Of a stretch of DNA of 64,000 bases, positions 1 to 7,543 are shown one piece after another. The DNA is taken from NCBI GenBank assembly GCA_016124335.1, contig WGNX01000003.1:6747-70746 (forward strand). The letters are read 5' to 3'. Each line of letters opens with the position of its first letter. Within the stretch, counting starts at the first letter, position 1. The position numbers and the translations under genes are program-made. This DNA comes from Alphaproteobacteria bacterium. Lineage in GTDB: Bacteria; Pseudomonadota; Alphaproteobacteria; CACIAM-22H2. A model generated the notes under the pieces. The model searched no databases. It saw only the letters and a list, made by a program, of their open reading frames with translations, and was not told the DNA's origin.

Positions 1-308
1 ACGGCCATCCGAACGGCCTCACCATGGGCGAGCTTTCGCAACGGATGATGGTTTCGGCAGGAAACGTCACGGGTCTGGTCGACGGTCTTGTCGGCGATGG
101 CTTGATCGTCCGTCACGCGCAGCCGGGCGATCGCCGTTCGGCGCGCGTATCGCTGACCCCGGCCGGCACGCGCACGTTCGAAGCGATCCTGCCGACGCAC
201 GAGCGCTGGATAGACGAGGCGTTTTCCGCGCTCGATCCCGGCGAAATCAGGCGCCTGCTTTCGCTGCTCGCAAAGCTCAAAGTTTCGGCCGCCGGAGCCA
301 AAGCATGA
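1..308 (+). CDS. MarR-family transcriptional regulator (C-terminal part; 5' end outside window)
   Basis: Track ORF 24..308 stays open in-frame to base 1. Winged-helix segment '[46 protein letters not shown]' is classic MarR. Stop overlaps next start (ATGA 305-308). Confidence 0.8.
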   Translation, partial: GHPNGLTMGELSQRMMVSAGNVTGLVDGLVGDGLIVRHAQPGDRRSARVSLTPAGTRTFEAILPTHERWIDEAFSALDPGEIRRLLSLLAKLKVSAAGAKA

Positions 309-1129
309 CCCTCACGCGATACGACATCTCCCGGTTTCAACCGCAGCACTTCTCATTCGCGGTCGACGGAAAAATTGCGACGGTCACGCTCAATCGACCG
401 GAGCGCAAGAATCCGCTGACCTTCGAAAGCTATGCCGAACTGCGCGATCTCTTTCGGGATCTCGTCTATGTCGATTCGCTAAAAAGCATTGTGATCACGG
501 GCGCCGGCGGAAATTTCTGCTCAGGCGGCGACGTCCACGAAATCATCGGTCCTCTCGTCGGAATGGATATGCCGGATCTTCTGCGTTTCACGCGGATGAC
601 CGGCGATCTGGTGAAGGCAATCCGGGCCGCCCCGCAGACGGTCGTTTGCGCGATCGACGGAATCTGTGCCGGTGCGGGTGCCGCGATCGCAATGGCCTCG
701 GATCTGCGCATCGGCACGCCCGGCTCGAAAGTGGCTTTCCTCTTCGTTCGTGTGGGTCTTGCAGGCTGCGACATGGGCGCCTGCAGCCTCTTGCCCCGGA
801 TCATCGGTCAGGGCCGCGCGGCCGAACTGCTGTACACCGGGCGCTCGATGGGCGGCGAGGAAGCGGAGCGCTGGGGGTTTTTCAATCGACTCGTTGAATC
901 CGATGCCCTTGGTGCGACGGCAGGCCAGATGGCCGCCGATCTGGCGTCCGGCCCGACATTCGCAAATGCGATGACCAAGAAGGCGCTCGATCACCAATGG
1001 AACATGGGAATTGAGCAGGCCATCGAGGCCGAGGCGCAAGCGCAGGCCATCTGCATGCAGACAGATGATTTCGAGCGCGCCTATCGCGCGTTTGCCGCCA
1101 AGCAGAAACCGGTCTTCGAGGGAAACTGA
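305..1129 (+). CDS. enoyl-CoA hydratase/isomerase (crotonase) family protein
   Basis: 274 aa; '[12 protein letters not shown]' and oxyanion-hole region '[12 protein letters not shown]'; translationally coupled on both sides. Confidence 0.9.
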   Translation: MTLTRYDISRFQPQHFSFAVDGKIATVTLNRPERKNPLTFESYAELRDLFRDLVYVDSLKSIVITGAGGNFCSGGDVHEIIGPLVGMDMPDLLRFTRMTGDLVKAIRAAPQTVVCAIDGICAGAGAAIAMASDLRIGTPGSKVAFLFVRVGLAGCDMGACSLLPRIIGQGRAAELLYTGRSMGGEEAERWGFFNRLVESDALGATAGQMAADLASGPTFANAMTKKALDHQWNMGIEQAIEAEAQAQAICMQTDDFERAYRAFAAKQKPVFEGN

Positions 1130-2313
1130 TGCCCGACCGCTCCTATCTCGGCTGGCCGTTTTTCGACGACGCGCATCGCCAGCTTGCGCGGCGGCTTTCC
1201 GAATGGGCACTGAAAACGATCGAGCCGATCGCGCATGACGACCTTGATGCGGATGCGGCGACCCGGCGCTTCGCGCGCCTTCTCGGCGATGCCGGGTTCC
1301 TCGACTATGCGGTACCGATGTCGCATGGCGGCATTTACGACGGGCTCGATGTCCGATCGCTCTGCCTGATCCGCGAGACACTTGCCTACCGGTCCGGCCT
1401 TGCGGATTTTGCCTTTGCGATGCAGGGCCTGGGCACGGGCTCGATATCGCTCTTCGGAACACAGGAACAGAAGGCGAAATATCTTCCGCCGACGCGAACC
1501 GGCGCGCATCTGGCCGCCTTTGCGCTCTCCGAGCCCGAAGGCGGCTCGGACGTTTCGGCGCTTCGCACGTCGGCACGGGCGGACGGCGACGGTTACATTC
1601 TCGATGGCCGGAAAACCTGGATATCCAACGGCGGGATCGCAGGCCACTACGTCGTGTTCGCGCGGACCGGAGAGGCTCCCGGCGCCAAAGGTCTATCGGC
1701 TTTCGTGGTCGATACCGACACACCGGGCCTGTCGATCGTCGAGCGGATCCGCACTTCTGCTCCCCACCCGCTCGCGACCCTTGCCTTCGAGGATGTCCGC
1801 GTGCCGACGTCGGCCCTTCTCGGCAAGCCCGGCGACGGCTTCAAGATCGCGATGGGGACGCTCGACATCTTCCGGTCGACCGTCGCGGCGGCGGCGGTCG
1901 GCTTTGCCCGTCGCGCGCTCGACGAAGCGATCTCCTACGCGCGCCGGCGGGAAGCGTTCGGATCGCGGATTGCCGATTTTCAGATCACCCAGGCCGCTAT
2001 CGCCGAATGCGCGACGGAGATCGACGCGGCGGCGCTGCTCGTCTATCGCGCGGCGTGGACGAAGGACCGTGCCGCGCCGCGCGTGACCCGCGAAGCCTCG
2101 ATGGCGAAGTTCCATGCGACCGAGATGGCGCAGAAGGTCGTCGACCGCGCGATGCAGATCCATGGCGGTCTTGGCGTCGTCGCCGACAGTATCGTGGAAC
2201 GGCTCTATCGCGAGGTCCGCGCGCTGCGCATCTATGAAGGTGCAACGGAAATCCAGAAGCTTGTCGTCGCCGGTCAGGTTTTCGCCGCGTTCGAGACGGA
2301 TGCCGCGCCATGA
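1129..2313 (+). CDS. acyl-CoA dehydrogenase
   Basis: 394 aa; '[10 protein letters not shown]', C-terminal catalytic-Glu motif '[10 protein letters not shown]'; 1-nt overlap (TGATG) with upstream stop. Confidence 0.9.
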   Translation: MPDRSYLGWPFFDDAHRQLARRLSEWALKTIEPIAHDDLDADAATRRFARLLGDAGFLDYAVPMSHGGIYDGLDVRSLCLIRETLAYRSGLADFAFAMQGLGTGSISLFGTQEQKAKYLPPTRTGAHLAAFALSEPEGGSDVSALRTSARADGDGYILDGRKTWISNGGIAGHYVVFARTGEAPGAKGLSAFVVDTDTPGLSIVERIRTSAPHPLATLAFEDVRVPTSALLGKPGDGFKIAMGTLDIFRSTVAAAAVGFARRALDEAISYARRREAFGSRIADFQITQAAIAECATEIDAAALLVYRAAWTKDRAAPRVTREASMAKFHATEMAQKVVDRAMQIHGGLGVVADSIVERLYREVRALRIYEGATEIQKLVVAGQVFAAFETDAAP

Positions 2314-2492
2314 CGGGCTTTCCGGCAGTCGCCAGCGAAATCGCCTGCGTGCGGTGCGCGACGATATTCTCATGCGATCCAGCTGGGGATTGTTGGTGCA
2401 AGCATGTCGATGTCGTGATGCCGGTGCCGGAACCCGGCATGCAGGCGACCTGCCTTTGCCCCGACTGTCTGGCGGAGGTCGGTGAGAAATGA
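2310..2492 (+). CDS. cysteine-rich CWC-type mini-protein (60 aa, 8 Cys)
   Basis: 'CVRC...C...DCWCKH...CLCPDC'; ATGA overlaps at both ends (2310-2313, 2489-2492); high GC3. Confidence 0.75.
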   Translation: MTGFPAVASEIACVRCATIFSCDPAGDCWCKHVDVVMPVPEPGMQATCLCPDCLAEVGEK

Positions 2493-3940
2493 AGCTTCTC
2501 GAGCCCTTGCGCATCGGCACGATGACGCTACCCAACCGCGTCCTTGTTCCGGCGATGGTGACACGGCTGTCCGGCGAGGACGGGTTCGTCAACCAGGGAA
2601 TTATCGACCGGTACGTACGCTACTCGAAAGGCCATGTTGGCCTGATCGTCGTTGAGGCGACGGCAGTTCATGAATCGAAATCGGGCCCGCTCCTGCGCCT
2701 TTCACGCGACGATTTCGTGCCGGGCCACCGCGAGCTTGTCCGCCGCGTCAAGGATGCCGGACCGTCGAAAATCGTCCCGCAAATCATCCATTTCATGAAA
2801 GTCGCACGATCGGGCTGGCGCCAGACGATCGACATGCTGGAAGAGAGCGAGATCGACGCGATCATCGAAGCATTCGGCGCGGCGGCTGCGCGCGCGCGGG
2901 ATGCCGGCTATGACGGGATCGAGTTGCATTCGGCGCACGCCTATACGCTCTCGTCGTTCCTTTCGCGGCGCAATCCCAGGCGCGATGCCTATGACGGCCG
3001 CACGCTTGAAGGCCGGCTGCGGATGTTCGGTCGCGTGATGGCACGCGTGCGCCAGACCGTCGGGAAGGACTTCCCCGTCGGGGTCCGCTTCCTCGCCGAA
3101 GAGGCGATCAAGGACGGCTACGCGTTGCCCGACAGCCAGCGCATCGCGCTGCGCATGGCGCAATTGGGTGTCGACTACATCTCGCTTTCTGTCGGCGGGA
3201 AATTCGAGGATGCCGTTCACAAGGAGGGCTCGCCCCTCTATCCCTACACCGGCTACTCGGGCGATCGCTGCATGCCGGGCGATCAGTATCCGCCTCTGCC
3301 GCACGCGCATCTGGCGGCCGGGATCAAGGCGTACGTCAACAGCCATGGCTTTGACGTCCCCATCGTTTCGGTCGGAAAAATCAGCGATCCGGCCGATGCC
3401 GAGCGGCTTTTGGCCGATGGCCGGGCCGATATCGTGGGGATGGCGCGCCAGTTGCTTGCGGATCCAGACTGGGTCAGGAAAGTCGCCGAAGGCCGTTCGC
3501 ATGCGATCCTGCGCTGCATCTACTGCAACGTCTGCAAACAACTCGACGAGAATTTCAAACTCGTGAGCTGCTTCCTCTGGCCGAAGGGCTTCACGCAGGC
3601 GCCAGTCGAAAACCTGGGCTCGGATGGCCCGCGCTGGCCAGACGCCGGTGCGGGCCTGAACGCACGGATCGAAAATGGTATCGTCAAACTTTCATGGGCG
3701 CGTGCCGTGGGTGACATCGCCGGTTACGACATCTTCCGTGCCGAAGCGGACGGTACCGCGACAATCGTCGAGGCGGTAAAGGGCACGAAATTCGCGGATA
3801 GGCTTGCCGTGGGCGGGCTTGCCTATACGTATCACGTGATGGCCTACGACGCGTGCGGACATCACGCGCCGCCATCGAACATCGTGCGTGCGGAGCCCGC
3901 AATTCCGAACTTCGAGGAGGCCGATATCGCGCATGACTGA
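2489..3940 (+). CDS. NADH:flavin oxidoreductase/Old-Yellow-Enzyme-type FMN barrel with [4Fe-4S]-type Cys motif and Fn3-like C-terminal domain
   Basis: 483 aa; 'LHSAHAYTLSSFLS', 'GMARQLLADPDW', 'CIYCNVCKQLDENFKLVSC' (C-x2-C-x2-C-x11-C); tail 'VKLSWARAVGDIAGYDIFRAE...YTYHVMAYDACGHHAPPS'. Confidence 0.85.
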   Translation: MKLLEPLRIGTMTLPNRVLVPAMVTRLSGEDGFVNQGIIDRYVRYSKGHVGLIVVEATAVHESKSGPLLRLSRDDFVPGHRELVRRVKDAGPSKIVPQIIHFMKVARSGWRQTIDMLEESEIDAIIEAFGAAAARARDAGYDGIELHSAHAYTLSSFLSRRNPRRDAYDGRTLEGRLRMFGRVMARVRQTVGKDFPVGVRFLAEEAIKDGYALPDSQRIALRMAQLGVDYISLSVGGKFEDAVHKEGSPLYPYTGYSGDRCMPGDQYPPLPHAHLAAGIKAYVNSHGFDVPIVSVGKISDPADAERLLADGRADIVGMARQLLADPDWVRKVAEGRSHAILRCIYCNVCKQLDENFKLVSCFLWPKGFTQAPVENLGSDGPRWPDAGAGLNARIENGIVKLSWARAVGDIAGYDIFRAEADGTATIVEAVKGTKFADRLAVGGLAYTYHVMAYDACGHHAPPSNIVRAEPAIPNFEEADIAHD

Positions 3941-5573
3941 TCGACCGGCCCTTACGCCTTCGGCCCATATCGACGGCTTCGCGCGCGCCCATCTGCCTGT
4001 TTCGGCGGATTGGCCGGAAATGTTCTTCGCCTTGCCGGAACTCTACTACCCGCAACGGATGAATGCCGGCGTGGAGCTTCTCGATGCGGCGGTCGCTCGC
4101 GGCTGGGGATCGCGTCCCTGCATTCATTTCGGCGGAAAGACCTGGAGCTATTCCGATCTCCTGGACCGAGCCAACCGTATCGCACGCGTCCTTGTCGAGG
4201 AGTACGGGCTTGTGCCTGGCAATCGCGTGCTGCTGCGGGCGGCAAATAATCCGATGATGGTGGCGTGCTGGTTCGCCGTGCTCAAGGCGGGCGGCATTGC
4301 CGTGGCAACGATGCCGCTTCTGCGCGCGAAAGAACTTGGCTACATCCTGACCAAAGCGCAGGTCGGCCTGGCGCTTTGCGATGCCCGCCTGGCCGATGAA
4401 ATGGAAAAGGCAAAGGTCGCGGCACCGGCCTGCAAGGATATCCTCTATTTCAATGGCGATGCTTCGGACGGCCTCGAAAGGCGGATGGCTGCCAAGTCCG
4501 CCTTGTTCGACAATTGCAAAACGTCGGCTGACGACGTGGCGCTGATCGCCTTCACGTCAGGCACGACCGGCCCCGCGAAGGGCACCATGCATTTCCATCG
4601 CGACATCATGGCGATCTGCGATGCGTTCCCGCGTTACGTTCTGAAGCCGGAAGCCAGCGACATTTTCACGGGCTCGCCGCCATTGGCCTTTACTTTCGGC
4701 CTCGGCGGCCTCGTCACCTTTCCGATGCGCTTCGGGGCATCGACGCTGCTGGCCGAACGGGCGACGCCGGACGCGCTTCCGCAGATCATTTCCGACGGGA
4801 AAGCGACGATCGTTTTCACCGCGCCGACCGCCTATCGCGCGATGACCGACAACGCGCCTGCCGGTGCTTTTGCCAGCTTGCGCAAGGGCGTTTCGGCCGG
4901 CGAACATCTGCCAAAGCCGGTATTCGAAGGTTGGGAGCGGCACACCGGCATCCGCCTGATTGACGGCCTCGGCGCGACAGAAATGCTCCATATCTTCGTC
5001 GCGGCGGCGCCGGAGGACATGATTGCCGGCGCCACGGGCCGGGCCATCCCGGGCTATGCCGCCTGCATCCTCGACGAGGACGGGCATCCGGCACCGGTCG
5101 GCGAGGTCGGGCGGCTTGCCGTTCGCGGTCCCACCGGCTGCCGCTACCTCGACGATGTCGAACGACAGCGCCGCTATGTCCAGAACGGCTGGAACCTCAC
5201 CGGCGACGCCTACCGCATGGATGAGCGTGGCTATTTCTGGTACCAGGCGCGCACCGACGACATGATCGTGACGGCCGGCTACAACGTCTCGGGGCCGGAA
5301 GTGGAAGCTGTCCTGCTGGAGCATCCGAAGGTCCGCGAATGTGCCGTCATCGGCGCACCGGACGCCGAGCGCGGCACCATCGTGAAAGCCTATGTCGTTC
5401 TACGGGAAGTCCGGCATGCCGATCCCGCAACGGTCAAAGAGCTGCAGGATTTCGTGAAGGCCACGATCGCGCCCTACAAATACCCCCGGTCGATCGAGTT
5501 CGTCGAAGCGCTCCCGCGGACCGAGACCGGCAAGGTCCAGCGCTTCAAGCTGCGGGAAGCCGCAAAAGCGTAA
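3933..5573 (+). CDS. AMP-forming aryl/acyl-CoA ligase (benzoate/aminobenzoate-CoA-ligase-like)
   Basis: Track ORF 3888..5573 starts at a GTG inside the upstream gene. ATG at 3933 gives an 8-nt overlap (ATGACTGA) and follows GAGGAGG. Motifs 'AFTSGTTGPAKGTMH', 'TAGYNVSGPEVE', 'LPRTETGKVQRFKLR'. Confidence 0.88.
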   Translation: MTDRPALTPSAHIDGFARAHLPVSADWPEMFFALPELYYPQRMNAGVELLDAAVARGWGSRPCIHFGGKTWSYSDLLDRANRIARVLVEEYGLVPGNRVLLRAANNPMMVACWFAVLKAGGIAVATMPLLRAKELGYILTKAQVGLALCDARLADEMEKAKVAAPACKDILYFNGDASDGLERRMAAKSALFDNCKTSADDVALIAFTSGTTGPAKGTMHFHRDIMAICDAFPRYVLKPEASDIFTGSPPLAFTFGLGGLVTFPMRFGASTLLAERATPDALPQIISDGKATIVFTAPTAYRAMTDNAPAGAFASLRKGVSAGEHLPKPVFEGWERHTGIRLIDGLGATEMLHIFVAAAPEDMIAGATGRAIPGYAACILDEDGHPAPVGEVGRLAVRGPTGCRYLDDVERQRRYVQNGWNLTGDAYRMDERGYFWYQARTDDMIVTAGYNVSGPEVEAVLLEHPKVRECAVIGAPDAERGTIVKAYVVLREVRHADPATVKELQDFVKATIAPYKYPRSIEFVEALPRTETGKVQRFKLREAAKA

Positions 5574-5776
5574 AGAAAGCCCGCCGGTTTCGATTTGCGG
5601 TTGCGGCATGCGCGAAATCCTTGACCGGGCGACTCCGTGTCCAGCATGATTCTTTCGTCGATATGTCGGGTCGATTCGCCGCCAGACGGCGGTTCGCCCG
5701 ACAGGGTGGGCGGCCTATCCGTCCTTCCGGCAGCCGTTGCGACGCCCGCGCGGGATCGCGGGCCGGCCGCCGCCAC

Positions 5777-5793
5777 GAAAGGAGGTGATCCAG
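5777..5793 (+). promoter_or_regulatory. over-long Shine-Dalgarno: 17 nt perfectly complementary to the expected 16S rRNA 3' tail
   Basis: GAAAGGAGGTGATCCAG is the complement of the alphaproteobacterial 16S 3' end ...CUGGAUCACCUCCUUUC (recalled, no rRNA gene in the window). GGAGG core lies 7 nt before the GTG at 5793. Confidence 0.55.
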
Positions 5794-5912
5794 TGCGCAC
5801 AGGATCGTTCTATTCCGGCTTTGGGCCGGTGTTTGCCGTGACCGCCTTGGAGAAATTCGAGGTCGGGCATGCGCGGATGACGACCGTGACGATCGCCTCC
5901 GCGTCGGCATGA
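5793..5912 (+). CDS. hypothetical 39-aa protein ([39 protein letters not shown])
   Basis: GTG start at ideal spacing from the strong SD; in-frame inner part of track ORF 5637..5912; 31 of 39 codons end in G/C, as in neighbouring genes; followed by a hairpin terminator. No family recognised. Confidence 0.4.
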   Translation: MRTGSFYSGFGPVFAVTALEKFEVGHARMTTVTIASASA

Positions 5913-5948
5913 AGAACCGCTAGGTTCACCCCGACGGCATTCGATCCG

Positions 5949-5984
5949 ACCCCCGCCTGGTCCCGCCCGGCGGGGGTTTCGATT
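5949..5984 (+). terminator. candidate intrinsic terminator/attenuator
   Basis: 9-bp stem ACCCCCGCC (5949-5957) / GGCGGGGGT (5969-5977), 11-nt loop, then TTCGATTCT (weak U-tract). Confidence 0.4.
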
Positions 5985-5985
5985 C

Positions 5986-5994
5986 TGGTATACT
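5986..5994 (+). promoter_or_regulatory. candidate extended -10 promoter (TGgTATACT) for a leaderless transcript starting at the ATG at 6001
   Basis: TGGTATACT ends 7 nt before the ATG at 6001; no purine-rich SD in between. Confidence 0.2.
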
Positions 5995-6000
5995 GGCAAC

Positions 6001-6783
6001 ATGGAAGCCACCGTGAACGACCTGCTCATCGACGAACCCGCACCCGGCGTGCGGCGATTCACGCTCAACCGGCCAACCGCGCGTAACGCGCTGTCAACCG
6101 CGCTGCTGGGGCTTCTCGGCGATGCGTTCGACGCCGCCGAAGCGGATGACAAGGTCCGCGCCGTCGTCGTCACCGGCGGCGAGAAGGTTTTTGCCGCAGG
6201 CGCGGACATCAAGGAACTTGCCACGCGCACGGCCGTCACGGCCCTGCTCGATGCGCGGGTCCGGCATTGGCAGCGCATGCGCCATTTCCCGAAACCGATC
6301 GTCGCGGCCGTTTGCGGCTATGCGCTTGGCGGCGGCTGCGAATTGGCGATGCATTGCGACATCGTGGTCGCGGGTGAAAATGCGCGCTTCGGGCAACCGG
6401 AAGCGAATCTCGGCGTCGTGCCGGGTGCCGGCGGAACGCAGCGCCTCGCCCGGATCGCCGGTCAGCAGGTTGCGATGAAGCTGATACTCGCCGGTGAAAC
6501 GCTTTCCGGTGCGCAGGCCGTTGCCTGCGGGCTTGCGGCGGAAGCGGTGCCGGATGGGACCGTCAACGAACGCGCGATCGCGCTGGCCGCGCGGATTGCC
6601 GAGAAGCCCGTTCTTGCCATCCGCCTTGCCAAAGAACTGGTCCTTGCATCACGCGATACGCCGCTCGAAACCGGCCTCCAGTTCGAACGCAAGGCTTTCG
6701 CCACCCTCGTCGCAAGCGAGGATTTTCGCGAAGGAGTCGCCGCTTTCATCGAGAAGCGCAAACCGGAATTCAAAGGGCGATAG
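6001..6783 (+). CDS. enoyl-CoA hydratase (crotonase family)
   Basis: 260 aa; '[12 protein letters not shown]', '[12 protein letters not shown]', '[16 protein letters not shown]'. Confidence 0.9.
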   Translation: MEATVNDLLIDEPAPGVRRFTLNRPTARNALSTALLGLLGDAFDAAEADDKVRAVVVTGGEKVFAAGADIKELATRTAVTALLDARVRHWQRMRHFPKPIVAAVCGYALGGGCELAMHCDIVVAGENARFGQPEANLGVVPGAGGTQRLARIAGQQVAMKLILAGETLSGAQAVACGLAAEAVPDGTVNERAIALAARIAEKPVLAIRLAKELVLASRDTPLETGLQFERKAFATLVASEDFREGVAAFIEKRKPEFKGR

Positions 6784-6800
6784 GGAGACGGAGAACCCGA

Positions 6801-6998
6801 ATGAAAAAGCGGATTGCGATCTTTGCTTTGGCCACATTCGCGCTCGCAAGTCCGGCGGCGTACGCGCAGACGACACACGAGCGGGCAAATACGGCCGGCG
6901 AAGTCCGCGGCAAGGACCGGGCCAGCCAGGTCAAGGAACAAAACGAAAAGAAAAAGGCCGAGAAATCGCAAGCTGGGGAAAAAAAGAAGAAGAACTAG
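6801..6998 (+). CDS. small secreted lysine-rich protein (65 aa precursor)
   Basis: SD GGAGA 7-8 nt upstream; signal peptide 'MKKRIAIFALATFALASPAAYA|Q'; mature part very K/E-rich ('EKKKAEKSQAGEKKKKN'). Confidence 0.6.
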   Translation: MKKRIAIFALATFALASPAAYAQTTHERANTAGEVRGKDRASQVKEQNEKKKAEKSQAGEKKKKN

Positions 6999-7543
6999 CG
7001 CGTCTGCGCCGCCGGTCGCCCGCCCGTGGCGACGGCACCGATCGGATGTTCGCGGTCCATCTCGATGATCAGGCGCCTTGCGCGCTCCGGATCGCCGTCG
7101 ACGAAGCCGACTGCGATACGCGATGCCGCGAGCTTTGCGCGTTCGAATTCCTCACCTTTCAAAAGTCGCCCGGCACGCGCCGCAAAGGCATAGCCCAGCG
7201 CGAGATCGCGGGTCACGCCAAAGCCCTGCTCGTGCATAAGCGCAAGATTTAGCATGGCATGCGGATCGCCCTGATCGGCCGCACGCTTGAACCAGACCGC
7301 CGCCGTCTTCGGATCGCTCGGGACGCCTTCGCCCATCCGGTAAAGATGCCCGATCGAAAACTGCGCGTCGCGATAGCCGCGTTCGGCAGGCCCGATCCAG
7401 AAGAACCAGGCGGAGCTGGCATCGCCATCGAGATACGACTTTAGACCAGCTTCGTAAGCCTTGGCGTCGTCGGTTTCCGGCTGCGCTTGCGCAGTGCCAC
7501 TTAAGGCCAAAGCGACGAATATTGCGATGAAGATGCGCGTCAT
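6995..7543 (-). CDS. Sel1-repeat (SLR/TPR-like) periplasmic protein
   Basis: Inner ATG (MTRIFIAIFVALALSGTAQA, signal peptide) of over-extended track ORF 6995..8290. Sel1 repeats 'GHLYRMGEGVPSDPKTAAVWFKRAADQGDPHAMLNLALMHEQGFGV'. ATGA overlap with the eamA-like stop. Confidence 0.8.
   Translation of the reverse strand: MTRIFIAIFVALALSGTAQAQPETDDAKAYEAGLKSYLDGDASSAWFFWIGPAERGYRDAQFSIGHLYRMGEGVPSDPKTAAVWFKRAADQGDPHAMLNLALMHEQGFGVTRDLALGYAFAARAGRLLKGEEFERAKLAASRIAVGFVDGDPERARRLIIEMDREHPIGAVATGGRPAAQTR

Noticed and set aside
521-1723. 400-aa antisense ORF across the crotonase/ACAD genes. The same kind occurs at 15524-17155 (543 aa, antisense to ureC), 31075-32688, 41490-42881, 55227-56591, 58878-60206 and 61476-63710 (744 aa, antisense to livG/livM).
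   Set aside because: The translations are Arg/Pro/Gly/Ala-rich and low-complexity with no recognisable motifs. They lie exactly opposite strongly supported genes. These are classic high-GC shadow ORFs.
3647-3664. 'GAGLNA' (GxGxxA) dinucleotide-binding-like motif after the Fe-S Cys motif of the flavin reductase.
   Set aside because: Only about 100 residues follow and they look like an Fn3 beta-sandwich, which is too short for a Rossmann domain. The match is probably fortuitous.
5777-5830. Possible 16S rRNA gene 3' end (or rRNA operon remnant) on the minus strand, because ...CTGGATCACCTCCTTTC is present.
   Set aside because: Identity to the 16S tail stops after 17 nt. The adjacent helix-45 sequence (GGGGAACCTGCGG) is absent, there is no ITS or tRNA-Ile/Ala downstream, and the surroundings are ordinary coding or intergenic DNA. 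I kept it as an SD-type element instead.
5793-5912. The 39-aa peptide as a RiPP precursor (Thr/Ser/Ala-rich C-terminus '[10 protein letters not shown]').
   Set aside because: It has no Cys, and there is no YcaO, radical-SAM, LanM/LanB, protease or exporter gene nearby. The neighbours are CoA-metabolism enzymes.
5925-5960. tRNA-like T-loop string (TTCGATCC) in the intergenic region.
   Set aside because: The flanking bases do not form a T-stem or acceptor stem, so no cloverleaf can be drawn.
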